Positions 18,824 through 28,760 of a stretch of 64,000 nucleotides of DNA are shown one piece after another. The notes under the pieces are model-generated. The model saw only the letters and a program-made list of their open reading frames with translations, did no database searches and was not told the DNA's origin. The DNA lies in the NCBI GenBank assembly GCA_011364905.1, contig RDNZ01000009.1, forward strand, positions 13,761-77,760. The letters run 5' to 3'. How positions within the stretch are numbered: the first letter of the stretch is position 1; each line of letters starts with the position of its first letter. This stretch comes from Candidatus Thorarchaeota archaeon. GTDB lineage: Archaea > Asgardarchaeota > Thorarchaeia > Thorarchaeales > Thorarchaeaceae. The translations under genes were made by a program, and so were the position numbers.

Positions 18824-19783
18824 TTACATTCTTACATAATCTACTCTGTGGGTCGCACCACAGGCGGGACATGCGTACTGATCAGGACCTACCCAATCGA
18901 TTTGCTCCCACGACATGGGTGCAGAGCAATGTGTACATCTGTCCTTGATGACTGGCTTAACAAACACTGTGCTACCGCCCGCATCACCAGCTGCTGTTTG
19001 CATATCATGAGTTGTTTCTTGCGCTACTGGAGTGCTTGTGACTGTTGCGGAGTCACTGACTTGATACTGTGACAGCGGATGATGAGGTGTGATGTAGCTA
19101 AAGGGTCGAACCAACCAATCAAGGTGCTCTTTTGATATCGAGCTCCATGCACGGCTCTGCCATACCGTTAAGAGATGGTCTTGCCGTGGAACCCTGCCTC
19201 TAATTTTGAACTTCCCTGATGTCGCTTTGAGCTTAAGCTCACGTCCCCTAGCTTCAAATGTTTCAACCATGTATAGCGGAAAGATGAACATCTTTCTTGC
19301 TCCAGAATCATACTGATACAATCTGTAGTTTGTGAGTACGAAGTTATCAGGAATATAGGTGAAAACTTCTTCGCCTTTGAGCCATGCAAAGGTCTGATAG
19401 AAATGTCTGGAAAATGGCCTATGAAAGCCAATCGAAACCCATCTATTGTAAGGATGCTCTGGATGAACAAATGGAACACCACTGACTTCACAGATCTTTC
19501 TTTGGCCGCCAACTCGAAGATTGTCGAACTCGCGAAGCCCGAGTGCTGCGCGAAGTTCTTCCCTTCTAGGCATCGCTCCCACTAGGTTAATGATTCCGTT
19601 CGTAACCTTGCACATAGCAGAATTAGGAGTCAACTTGTACTCCTTGATAATGTGCAATGGGATGCTTGCGCTGCTTCGTGATCCTCTATCGAATTGTATC
19701 CATCTGTAATTGGTCAGGATGTATTCCTGGTGTTGACTTAGGACACGTTCGTTCTCTATTGGAATGTATACCAGTGATGACAC
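18824..19783 (-). CDS. Tandem PH/GRAM-like domain protein with C-terminal Zn ribbon
   Basis: Internal duplication: ENERVL...YILTNYRWIQFD and GEEVF...FVLTNYRLYQYD. C-terminal CTHC...CPAC. Confidence 0.7.
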   Translation of the reverse strand: MSSLVYIPIENERVLSQHQEYILTNYRWIQFDRGSRSSASIPLHIIKEYKLTPNSAMCKVTNGIINLVGAMPRREELRAALGLREFDNLRVGGQRKICEVSGVPFVHPEHPYNRWVSIGFHRPFSRHFYQTFAWLKGEEVFTYIPDNFVLTNYRLYQYDSGARKMFIFPLYMVETFEARGRELKLKATSGKFKIRGRVPRQDHLLTVWQSRAWSSISKEHLDWLVRPFSYITPHHPLSQYQVSDSATVTSTPVAQETTHDMQTAAGDAGGSTVFVKPVIKDRCTHCSAPMSWEQIDWVGPDQYACPACGATHRVDYVRM

Positions 19784-19873
19784 TTCGATTTACACCAGCT
19801 ATAGAATAATCTGAATGTGAAGGAAACTGTGTTTTGCCAATTAAACCTTAGCCGTAGGGCCTTGAAGTAGGTC

Positions 19874-20107
19874 TTACTGCATGGACCGTGGCATCGTTTG
19901 CCTCGGTATCGATATATATAGAATATCATCGTATCCAAGGACTCCATAACCACTTGGATTCTCCAATCTCACGTGGTCATCATAGACGTCTTGAACTCTC
20001 ACGTTCGGTATTTTTGCAAGTGTGTCTCGTTGCTGATAACGCAGATACACTGTAAATGCTTGGCCAGTCGTTTTCAAATCTTGAAAAATGCTCCTCCAGT
20101 CTGTCAC
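19874..20107 (-). CDS. Small beta-rich hypothetical protein (77 aa)
   Basis: AGGAGG SD precedes GTG at 20107: MTDWRSIFQDLKTTGQAFTVYLRYQQRDTLAKIPNVRV... Confidence 0.7.
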   Translation of the reverse strand: MTDWRSIFQDLKTTGQAFTVYLRYQQRDTLAKIPNVRVQDVYDDHVRLENPSGYGVLGYDDILYISIPRQTMPRSMQ

Positions 20108-20176
20108 TCTTGATTTCCTCCTGTATGTGGATGAAGGTGGCTGAGCTTTTAATACTTGCTGCTTCGGAAACCTCAA

Positions 20177-20635
20177 TCACAGCAGACCATCCTTTGTCAG
20201 GTGTGGTCGAAGTCCCAATCTACTAAATGCTCGACAGAGAATCTCATCCAGAGGCTCATCAATGTTGCTCTTGAATATATGGGCTGAACACCCTTTTCTG
20301 CAATCAGATGACCCAAATCTTTGAGGTCCAGGGTCGAAGGTTTCAGATGATGAAATCCTATGAGCGAGATCACATTCCATGTGTTTTGGACTCTCAGCCC
20401 AGATTGCATATGACAGCTTGACATTTGCTGAAAGAAGATAATCAATGTGCCAGTAAATTGCTTTTTCCTTCCTGAAATGCCTGAGTAGTCTGTTCTCAAG
20501 ACTAGTGGATCCACCCCCCATAGCTGATCCTACGTAAAGCCATGTACCTGGTTGAAATGTGAGATGTCCCAGTGATTTAATGTTGACTTCAGTTGGGGCT
20601 TTAATCATTATGACCAGAACATATACTCCCTTCAA
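20177..20635 (-). CDS. GIY-YIG nuclease family protein (DUF123)
   Basis: KGVYVL, YVGSA, RLLRH, WHIDYLL, FGSSDC..GCSAH. Confidence 0.9.
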   Translation of the reverse strand: MKGVYVLVIMIKAPTEVNIKSLGHLTFQPGTWLYVGSAMGGGSTSLENRLLRHFRKEKAIYWHIDYLLSANVKLSYAIWAESPKHMECDLAHRISSSETFDPGPQRFGSSDCRKGCSAHIFKSNIDEPLDEILCRAFSRLGLRPHLTKDGLL

Positions 20636-20745
20636 GAGTAAACCTCGATGTTCTTTCTAGGTCCGGAGCTTGATTTAGTGTTTGCTGTCGGTGGCACTCA
20701 TAGACGATATTGTCATAAGTGTTGGAAGAACATTCTCAATCAACC

Positions 20746-21696
20746 ATGGCGTCATCTGAGATTATTCCTGGAATCCACGTAGTAAGGGGCAAGTTTGCAG
20801 GCGAGTTTGGATTCATAGCCAGTTACCTAGTAGTAGACTCAGGAGAGGTTCTTGTTCTTGACCCAGGGACTGCTGGTGATCCTGGAGACCGACTTGAAAA
20901 GGCAATTCGGAACTTGGGACTTGATCCTAAGAACGACGTGGTGGGAATTCTCTGCACCCACGGTCATCCTGATCATGCAGCTGGTGCTGGCCGTCTGAAA
21001 AGAGCAACTGGTGCTCCTATACTGATTCATCAAGACGATGCAGAGCTTCTTCAAACTCCAGCTAAGTTTCTTAATGAACGACTTATGATGGACAAGGCCG
21101 AACGGTTTTCAATGAAGTTCGACAAAGGACCGCTCAGAGTCAATTATCGAGGAGTAGAAGCTGATGAGCTTATTACTCATGGCCAGAATGTCCCGGTAGG
21201 CGAAACAAATCTAAAGGTAATTCATACAGGTGGCCATTCAGCTGGTCACTGTGCCTTCTATGACGCAACAAGCAAGTCTTTGTTCTCAGGAGATGAAGTG
21301 AACAACTTTCCCAATGATTCTCGCAAGTTCTATGTTGATAATACAGGGAGCATTGTTTCGAAGCTAGCCGCCCTGGACGTTTTATCAAAACTTGGAGCTG
21401 ATTATCTCTTCCCATCTCATGATACACCGCACCTTTTCGCAGATGTCCGTCTTCAGTTTGAGGCTGCGAGAGATGGAGTTGTGCATCTTCAAGACACATT
21501 ACTAACTCTTCTGAGCGCAAGGGGTGAAGCTGATGTTGAACAACTGGTTTTTGACATGAAGCAGGCACGAAGTGTTCCCATCCCAGAGAGTTATGATGCT
21601 CTAGTCACGACAACCACATATGTGACACTTATGGGACTAAAGGAAGCTGGATTGATACGTGAGCTTGGAAATGGCATCTGGACCAAAGTTGGATAG
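20746..21696 (+). CDS. MBL-fold metallo-hydrolase with C-terminal wHTH-like domain
   Basis: THGHPDHAAG, HTGGHSAGH, LFSGD, PSH. Confidence 0.9.
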   Translation: MASSEIIPGIHVVRGKFAGEFGFIASYLVVDSGEVLVLDPGTAGDPGDRLEKAIRNLGLDPKNDVVGILCTHGHPDHAAGAGRLKRATGAPILIHQDDAELLQTPAKFLNERLMMDKAERFSMKFDKGPLRVNYRGVEADELITHGQNVPVGETNLKVIHTGGHSAGHCAFYDATSKSLFSGDEVNNFPNDSRKFYVDNTGSIVSKLAALDVLSKLGADYLFPSHDTPHLFADVRLQFEAARDGVVHLQDTLLTLLSARGEADVEQLVFDMKQARSVPIPESYDALVTTTTYVTLMGLKEAGLIRELGNGIWTKVG

Positions 21697-21778
21697 CTGC
21701 GCGAGCTAGATTCAAATGATTGCGTTATTGTTGTGAAACGATTCTCATCTCTCATGTTATGAAAGGGAGAGGTCTACT

Positions 21779-24457
21779 ATGTCTGATAGAAGAGATGCGC
21801 AAGCACCAAGCACGGTTGAAGCCATTCGAATGGCATCTGCATCCGTATTAGGGACATCAACAGGGCTTGGTTATCCGGTTGGAAGCGCAATTGGCGCTGG
21901 TACAATGCTTGAACAGCATTCTGAGTCTGTTTCCATGAACATCGTACCATTGATCTTCAATATCCGTGATACTCTAATGTCATCAGAAGGATTGGAACTT
22001 CTCTCAATAGAATATGACCTTGATAGAACTCCGGGTCCGGAAGTACTTCCTGAACAACTGGTCATAGCTGGAGGTGTCGAAGGCGGAGTCGGTTCTCATG
22101 TCTGTGTCCTAAGCTGGGAGAAAGGAGTTGTTGATCCTTTCAAGATCAATGATTACATGAAGGTCCTGTCCAAAAAGATTGCAGACATAGAAAGTGCTGT
22201 GATTAACAATCAGCTGAACTATGAATTTGAAGGTCTCCCAGTCATGAGTAATTTTGCACACCGCCTAAACAGTGTCTTGTTTGTCGACATGCTTGACCGT
22301 CGATTTCAGGGGTCTTGGGATTCCTTGCAGGTAAAGCCGGATCATGTCGATATTGACCTAATTGCCAAAATGGCTGTCACTGATGATTTTACACTCCAGC
22401 CTCCGGGGCTCAGAGTTGTTGGACGAAAGACCCTTGAGTTCAAGCTTCCAAACGAGCCAGATGAACGACTTGTCGCTCACTTTAAACGACGTATTTTGAC
22501 ACCGAGTGCCATAGAAACTTTGACCAAGGTTGTTCCCGAAACCGGTCAAGCTCTTCTGCAGGAACTCAACTATTACGCCTATGCTACGGAGGAGTCAGAA
22601 ATTGTAGATGGCGTTGTAAGTGCACTAGGCTCTTTTCTCGGTCAGACTATGGTGTCACTAGCTGATATCGACTCTCTCAAACCTCGCATTAACGAGTTTG
22701 TAAAGATACTTGAAGAAACCGTTAACGAACTTGAGCATATAGTTGAGAACCACCTTGGTTCAGGGAAATCACTCACGATTGATAACCACAGGAGTGAACT
22801 GATTTCTGCTGTTTCATCACACAGTGAACTGTCCTCTGGCATAAAGAACACTCTTGCCATGGGGATAGTTGAACGATTAATGAATTCAGTTTCTCGAGAG
22901 TTCAGTGGACACGGGGAAATCCGTGCTTGGGAACTGAAAGGAACCCTGAGGTATGCTATTGCCTATGCCAAAAGAGTCTCTCAATATTTCTCGAGGGAGC
23001 TAAACCAATACCTTGTTACGAATGCCGCAAAGAAGGCATTCTTCACTGCTCTTCAAGATTTTAAAAATGAAACAGTCGGGGGGGACATTAGTTCCACTGA
23101 CATGACATTATTCGATCTCTTCTATGCTGAAGTCCAAGCTCAGCTTAACGCAGCCTTCGCCAAGGAAGCATTTGAGGGATCTGAGTATCGCGACTTCAAA
23201 CAATTAATGGATGTCGTGACTCGACAACTGATAGAATCGTTCAAGACAATCGACATATGGGAGCTTATTGGGTTTGAGAAAGTAGCTGAAATTGCTGGAT
23301 CTGAGATTCGACAGAAATATTCGATTCCAGAGAGCGAAGAACTAACAGAGCATGGTAAAGCTCTGATAGTCCTTCTTGACAACTTCCAGGAACTGGTAGC
23401 TGATGTCATTCCTGATGTTGCTGACACTCTTCTTTCAAAACCATTAATCCGTCGAATTATCGACAAGATGTTATCAGAACAGACTAGTCTAATACCTGAA
23501 CTTGAAGCCGCAGTTGAAGGTGCAGGAGAGCGCCCTGATGAATGGAAAAAAGAAGCAATGGCTTGGGTTGCGAGCTTCAAAAGTGGCCTGAACGAATCGA
23601 TGACAAGTTCTCAAGCTCTTCTTGCTTTATTGAATTCAATTCATGAGATTGTTGGAGAAACAGTGACCCCGAGTGCTATGGTGGATCGCGCCAAGTTTGA
23701 AGCTGACCAGCGAGAGCAGATGTTCCTCGCAAAGGTACAGGAGTGGGAGGAGGTATGTCGGGTTCTTGAGGGTGAAAACGAAGCCATTAGGGCCCACAAT
23801 GCAAAACGCGAGGAACTACTCACCGAGAAGACTCAGCAGTATGAAGCAAAAATGCGTGAATATGAAACTGCACTCAGGGACTATATGGAAAAACTGGAGA
23901 AGTACAAAGCTGAGCAAGCTGAGCTGGCTGCCCAAGCCGCACAAGCTGCTGAAGTTGCAGAATCACCAATTCCGTCCACTCCGCCACCAGTTGTTACATC
24001 ATCTCCTCCTCCAGTAGAACCTTCAAAACCTTCGCCCATAGATGCAGAGTTGGCTGAGATTCGGGCGCAATACCCCGTGAAAGAAGAAAAACCACTGCCT
24101 CCTAAACCAGAACCTGATCCCTCACTCAAGTTCTTTGTTGAATTGCGAGACCTGTTGCAGGGTAGACTCGATCAATTGAGGGAACGAGAGAAAGACATGG
24201 AAACGACATTTGCACGAAGGGTTCTAAGACTTCAAGCTGAAGGAATTGGTGCAGCTTCAATGATTGGACTCGATATAGGTGATGAGTTCGTGGAATACCT
24301 CATGGGTTCAAAAGTTCGGAGTCTTGGAAAGTTACTTCCTCGGGTTGCACGCATGTATCTCAGAGACCCACAAGAAGAGGGATTACTGTACCTTGTAACA
24401 TTTGAACACCATGCAGGCGAGTTGACTGTATCAGTAGGGAACACATACTTGAGGTGA
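21779..24457 (+). CDS. Large hypothetical protein (892 aa): possible N-terminal roadblock/longin-like domain, helical body, coiled coil, Pro-rich segment
   Basis: Long intact ORF with an SD-like GGGAGAGG upstream. No enzyme motifs recognised. Confidence 0.8.
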   Translation: MSDRRDAQAPSTVEAIRMASASVLGTSTGLGYPVGSAIGAGTMLEQHSESVSMNIVPLIFNIRDTLMSSEGLELLSIEYDLDRTPGPEVLPEQLVIAGGVEGGVGSHVCVLSWEKGVVDPFKINDYMKVLSKKIADIESAVINNQLNYEFEGLPVMSNFAHRLNSVLFVDMLDRRFQGSWDSLQVKPDHVDIDLIAKMAVTDDFTLQPPGLRVVGRKTLEFKLPNEPDERLVAHFKRRILTPSAIETLTKVVPETGQALLQELNYYAYATEESEIVDGVVSALGSFLGQTMVSLADIDSLKPRINEFVKILEETVNELEHIVENHLGSGKSLTIDNHRSELISAVSSHSELSSGIKNTLAMGIVERLMNSVSREFSGHGEIRAWELKGTLRYAIAYAKRVSQYFSRELNQYLVTNAAKKAFFTALQDFKNETVGGDISSTDMTLFDLFYAEVQAQLNAAFAKEAFEGSEYRDFKQLMDVVTRQLIESFKTIDIWELIGFEKVAEIAGSEIRQKYSIPESEELTEHGKALIVLLDNFQELVADVIPDVADTLLSKPLIRRIIDKMLSEQTSLIPELEAAVEGAGERPDEWKKEAMAWVASFKSGLNESMTSSQALLALLNSIHEIVGETVTPSAMVDRAKFEADQREQMFLAKVQEWEEVCRVLEGENEAIRAHNAKREELLTEKTQQYEAKMREYETALRDYMEKLEKYKAEQAELAAQAAQAAEVAESPIPSTPPPVVTSSPPPVEPSKPSPIDAELAEIRAQYPVKEEKPLPPKPEPDPSLKFFVELRDLLQGRLDQLREREKDMETTFARRVLRLQAEGIGAASMIGLDIGDEFVEYLMGSKVRSLGKLLPRVARMYLRDPQEEGLLYLVTFEHHAGELTVSVGNTYLR

Positions 24458-24463
24458 TTGACA

Positions 24464-26911
24464 ATGGCTAGCTCCTGGGTACTAAAGACAAGACAAATGA
24501 GTGAAGCTGGAAAAGAAATTCTGCTTCGAGAGGCTTTAGCTTCGCACATGCGCAGCACTAGAGACCGTCAGTTATTTCAGGAACTTCTCAAGGAAAACAG
24601 GCCCCTTAAAGATATGTTCTCATTCTTTGCAGCCTTCTATTTACACAGTTATCAGGGTGTTCGTCTCCTAACGCCTTCTATGGAGCCTGGCGCGGGTAGT
24701 GAGATGAAAGATGAGCTTGGCGAAGAAGAACGGCATCAGCTTGAGCTTGAGGTTCGACAGCTTTTTTCTGAGAAACAACATCAAGAGGTTGAAGTGGCGA
24801 AACTTGCTAGTGATTTAACAATTCGTTTCATCGATGAACTAGGAGGGTCCGACAAGTCGCCACAACATAAAGAGAAAATTATTGATATGATACGGCAGAC
24901 TCTGAGCCAGATTCCTACGACATACACACCAAATCATGACATTGACTTGATGCTTGAAGTCACTGGTTGGGGCGAGAACTGGCGCAATGAGTTATACGTT
25001 AAGGCCTCTGGACTGAAAGAGAGTGCGCTCTCTCTAAGGGAGGAGCTACTTAGAGAGCACCCCTACGAAGTCCCAGAAACATCCGTACTTCGTATGGGCC
25101 TTGAAACCATACTTGGACGTGTGGAGTATGTTCAAGGACGACTTGCCGAAGCTCTCATTCCAGCAAATAGCTGGGATGCAATCGTTTCTGCAGTTTCGGA
25201 AAGATTTTGCAGACCAATGGGCTCTCTCAAAGGACTCAGATATGCTCATGAGATACGTCTTGCTATGCTAGAAGCACTCATAGCTGAGTTTGATACCCCC
25301 ACAACTTTAGAGGGCTTTGAGTCCCTGTTGGGCCGCGTAGTGACCACAAAAGCGGCGAAAATTCTAGTGGAAGATCCTGACCACATACTCGATACACTCT
25401 CTAGCTTTCTCAACGTGAGTGCAGATGAGATCAAAGCTCAACTTCGACGTAAAGGCATCAGTGATCTATCAGTTATTGGGCCAGGCTTAGAGGCGTTGAC
25501 CGAAGACTCTGTTTCCGACTCATCCAAGCCAGAAATCAGTAAAGAAGAGTTTGAGATGCTGGAGCGTTCTCTAAAGACTCTCGAAAAGATCGAAAGAACT
25601 CTTGATGGTCCAGTAAAAGGGATGCTTCGCTCAAAGGGTCTTCGAGCAACAGAACTTGAAAAAATAGACATCAATATGTTCACAAAGGATCGTGCAAAAC
25701 TTGTTGGCATTGAAGTCGAAGTTCTAGAGGCCATAAAGGCAAAGTTGCGGGTTCCACCGCCAGAGGAAATAGCACGACTTCTAAAGACTAGAGAGCAAGT
25801 TCAAAGTGGCGCATTGAGTTCACTGGGCATCTCGTCAGCGAGAGATTTCAGCCAACAAAGAGCTGAGGAGGAAACTGCTGTAAGTTTACGCCTTGACCTC
25901 ATCTGGCACTTCACTATAGGCATACTCACGAATCTAACTCGCGTTGTTGAGTCCTACATTCGGTCAAAACAAGACTTGTTACGTATCAAAGCACTGCTGA
26001 AAAGTATCTATGAAGACACAGAGATGGTTCTACAATTTCTCCGGGAGGAAATACTAATCGACTTGGCATCCATGCGAATCTACGAACTCAAAGTCCTTTA
26101 CCCCGAATTAGATGCTAAGACAATATGTACTTGGATGCATGCCAGGCTCTCTAGTAAAGGTATGAATACTGCAGGAGACGACCTCGAAACCTCAACAAGC
26201 CCAGTCTTTGAAGGCATCGTTGACAAATCGTTAGACATGTCAAATTTGGAGTATGATAATTATGCGATTGCTTTTGACATTATGCAACGTTTCTTGAAAC
26301 AAGAACGGCTAGAGAAGCTGGCAAAGGAAGAATATGCGCTTGAAGCTAAAGAAAAAGAGAAGCGTAGGATTGAGGAAAAGAAGGAAGGTATCGATGTTTT
26401 GATGTACCTTCATAATAAGGCTCGGACTGTCTTTCGAGCAATCAGTCGGGTTGGCACTAAGGGTCTCGAATGGACCCATAATGACACAACCAAGTGTACC
26501 AATCTTCTTTCTTACTATATCAAGACCAATAGAGGAAGAAAAATCTGTTCTGCATGCGGATCCCTACCGAAGGATGGAAAATGCGCTCAACACGGATCGA
26601 ACTTCATCAAGGATGCATCAGATATGGACAATCTGTCTATCTTTATCATGCAGAGTCTTTTTGAAATCAAAGAAGGATTGATCGGAGAAGGTAGAGGGGT
26701 TGAGCCAATGTCATGGGACAAAGCGAAATCCACTGTTGAGCGAGAGATTGGAGTTCTGAAAAGAAGAGGAAAACTGACATCCAAGACTAACCTAAAGGAA
26801 CTGATGCCCGGAGAGATCAATTACATTGTTGGTCCTGCAATGTCCGCTATTGTTGCTAAGTACTTCAACGAGTCATTGGGTTACGCCGCACGTCGGGCTG
26901 AAATAGCGTAG
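24464..26911 (+). CDS. Large helical hypothetical protein with C-terminal CxxC-x8-CxxH Zn finger
   Basis: Coupled to the upstream gene: GAGGTGA SD overlaps its stop. Motif CSACGSLPKDGKCAQHG. Confidence 0.8.
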   Translation: MASSWVLKTRQMSEAGKEILLREALASHMRSTRDRQLFQELLKENRPLKDMFSFFAAFYLHSYQGVRLLTPSMEPGAGSEMKDELGEEERHQLELEVRQLFSEKQHQEVEVAKLASDLTIRFIDELGGSDKSPQHKEKIIDMIRQTLSQIPTTYTPNHDIDLMLEVTGWGENWRNELYVKASGLKESALSLREELLREHPYEVPETSVLRMGLETILGRVEYVQGRLAEALIPANSWDAIVSAVSERFCRPMGSLKGLRYAHEIRLAMLEALIAEFDTPTTLEGFESLLGRVVTTKAAKILVEDPDHILDTLSSFLNVSADEIKAQLRRKGISDLSVIGPGLEALTEDSVSDSSKPEISKEEFEMLERSLKTLEKIERTLDGPVKGMLRSKGLRATELEKIDINMFTKDRAKLVGIEVEVLEAIKAKLRVPPPEEIARLLKTREQVQSGALSSLGISSARDFSQQRAEEETAVSLRLDLIWHFTIGILTNLTRVVESYIRSKQDLLRIKALLKSIYEDTEMVLQFLREEILIDLASMRIYELKVLYPELDAKTICTWMHARLSSKGMNTAGDDLETSTSPVFEGIVDKSLDMSNLEYDNYAIAFDIMQRFLKQERLEKLAKEEYALEAKEKEKRRIEEKKEGIDVLMYLHNKARTVFRAISRVGTKGLEWTHNDTTKCTNLLSYYIKTNRGRKICSACGSLPKDGKCAQHGSNFIKDASDMDNLSIFIMQSLFEIKEGLIGEGRGVEPMSWDKAKSTVEREIGVLKRRGKLTSKTNLKELMPGEINYIVGPAMSAIVAKYFNESLGYAARRAEIA

Positions 26912-26919
26912 TTGATTGA

Positions 26920-27240
26920 TTACACACTCTTAGTCGTTTCAGTTATCCAGTCCAGATAGTCCTTAGCCCCCTTTTCGACTCTTAAAACGACATACTCCGG
27001 AACCTCATAGGGGTGGATTCTCTTTATGACTTCCTCCAGACTTGAAGCTAGGTCTGCCTTTGTTTTCATTACTAGTAACGCTTCATTATCAGTCACAATC
27101 TCACCCTTCCAGTGATAGATGCTTTTGACTGATGGAATGATATTAACACAAGCACAGACTTTGGCTTCAACTAATACTCGAGCTAGGTTTTGTGCCACTT
27201 CGATAGGACAAGTTGTAATGGCAACGATGAAATCCGACAT
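26920..27240 (-). CDS. cutA: Divalent-cation tolerance protein CutA
   Basis: ACVNIIP, SIYHWKG, HPYEVPE, YLDW. Confidence 0.95.
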   Translation of the reverse strand: MSDFIVAITTCPIEVAQNLARVLVEAKVCACVNIIPSVKSIYHWKGEIVTDNEALLVMKTKADLASSLEEVIKRIHPYEVPEYVVLRVEKGAKDYLDWITETTKSV

Positions 27241-27357
27241 AAGAATTCACATACCCGCTTTGCATATAGTGACTTCTATTTCTAAATGCAGACCAATGGA
27301 ATTAGCAAATCGAAGGCCATTTATACCCACTATCAATCCCGAGCCCTTGGTGATTCT

Positions 27358-28755
27358 TTGAAGAAGTTCAAACCAGAAGGAGTAATGCCTGCCCTAGTAA
27401 CACCATTCACGCGAGATGGCGACATCAATGAGGAGGGCTTTAAACAAGTCATTGACTACACCATTGAGAAAGGCGCGACTGGTGTGGTAGCTCTAGGTAC
27501 GACTGGTGAGTTCTCATACTTGAGGACAGAAGAACGGAAGAAGATACTAAGACTCACTGAGAAGTATGTAGATGGAAGAGTACCTATCATTGCAGGAACA
27601 GGTCAAAACAGCACTCGTGCGACCTTGGCACTCACACAGTTCGCCGCAGATTTGGGGTGTGATGCGGCACTCGTAATCTCGCCGTACTATCTACGACCAA
27701 CGGACAAAGGGTACTATGAGCACTATGAGGAAATTGCTACCAAGGGAAATATCCCAGTTATCCTATACAATATACCACAATGCACCCTTGGAGTTCTTAA
27801 TTCGAATGTCGTCGAGGACCTAGCGTTTTTGGATAATATTGTTGGCATCAAAGACAGTAGCGGAAGTGTGCCCTACATTCTTGAACTGATTCAAAAGCTC
27901 AAGGGGAAAATGGAGGTCATTATTGGAGCCGATGAGTGCTTCCTCTCTGCGATAGTGGCTGGCTCAAAAGCTGCGATCATGGCTTCAGCGAATGTGATTC
28001 CACATATTTGGCTTGAAATCATGAGATTGGCGCAAAGCGGGAAAGTCGAGGAAGCCGCTGAGCTCCAGCGTACTACTCAAACTTTTGCCCGAATGGTTTT
28101 GAAGTATGGGGCTGCTCCGCCGGTTAAAGCAGCATTGAAAATGATAGGTTTGGACGCAGGTCGTGCCAGAATGCCCCTTAATAGCGGCGGGACTCTTACA
28201 CCTGAGATGAAAGAAGAGATACGAATTGAGTTAGAGAAGATGGGTGTCATTCCGAAATTGGAACATCCTCCGGTTCAGACAAATATCGATGTGATTGAGT
28301 TCCTTGCTAGTCAGGGGTTAATGCTAGAGCAGACTCCGGACATTTCTGTCAGTAGCGCTGCAAACGAGAAGGTGTCCGTTGGTGTTGCCGTTGGCTCTAA
28401 GAAGGGGCCAGTTGGTCGGACATTTGTAAGACTGCTCACAGTACCGAAGGTTGGCCATGAAGCTCTGACCGTCATTCTTGAGCCAAACCTGGCTGTTAAG
28501 CCTAGTAGTCTTATGCTTCCAGTACAGAAAATACAGTCCATGCGCCAAGCATCTTTGTTCTATGGGCCGGTTCAGTCTGGTGCTGCCAAAGCAATTTCAT
28601 CGTTCTTGGAAGCGAATAAGATACCAGAAAAATCGGTTGTTGATGATTTGATCATTCTAACTCTAGATATTGACTTGAATTCGAGCGACCGCCGCGAGAT
28701 TACAGCTGCGGCTCAACAAGCTGTTGAAGAAGCGCTACATGGAATTTGGGGGTGA
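27358..28755 (+). CDS. DapA/NAL-family class I aldolase fused to a degenerate Fae domain (paralogue A)
   Basis: ALVTPF, GTTGEF, LYNIP, GIKDSSG. C-terminal GPVG..F...GHEALTVILEPNLAVKPSSLMLP...FYGPVQSGAAKA is Fae-like but lacks AHIDL. Confidence 0.88.
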   Translation: MKKFKPEGVMPALVTPFTRDGDINEEGFKQVIDYTIEKGATGVVALGTTGEFSYLRTEERKKILRLTEKYVDGRVPIIAGTGQNSTRATLALTQFAADLGCDAALVISPYYLRPTDKGYYEHYEEIATKGNIPVILYNIPQCTLGVLNSNVVEDLAFLDNIVGIKDSSGSVPYILELIQKLKGKMEVIIGADECFLSAIVAGSKAAIMASANVIPHIWLEIMRLAQSGKVEEAAELQRTTQTFARMVLKYGAAPPVKAALKMIGLDAGRARMPLNSGGTLTPEMKEEIRIELEKMGVIPKLEHPPVQTNIDVIEFLASQGLMLEQTPDISVSSAANEKVSVGVAVGSKKGPVGRTFVRLLTVPKVGHEALTVILEPNLAVKPSSLMLPVQKIQSMRQASLFYGPVQSGAAKAISSFLEANKIPEKSVVDDLIILTLDIDLNSSDRREITAAAQQAVEEALHGIWG

Positions 28756-28760
28756 ATCAA

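Noticed and set aside
20177-20635. GIY-YIG gene as a homing endonuclease or mobile element
   Set aside because: Matches the stand-alone archaeal DUF123 family; no intron, terminal repeats or transposase nearby.
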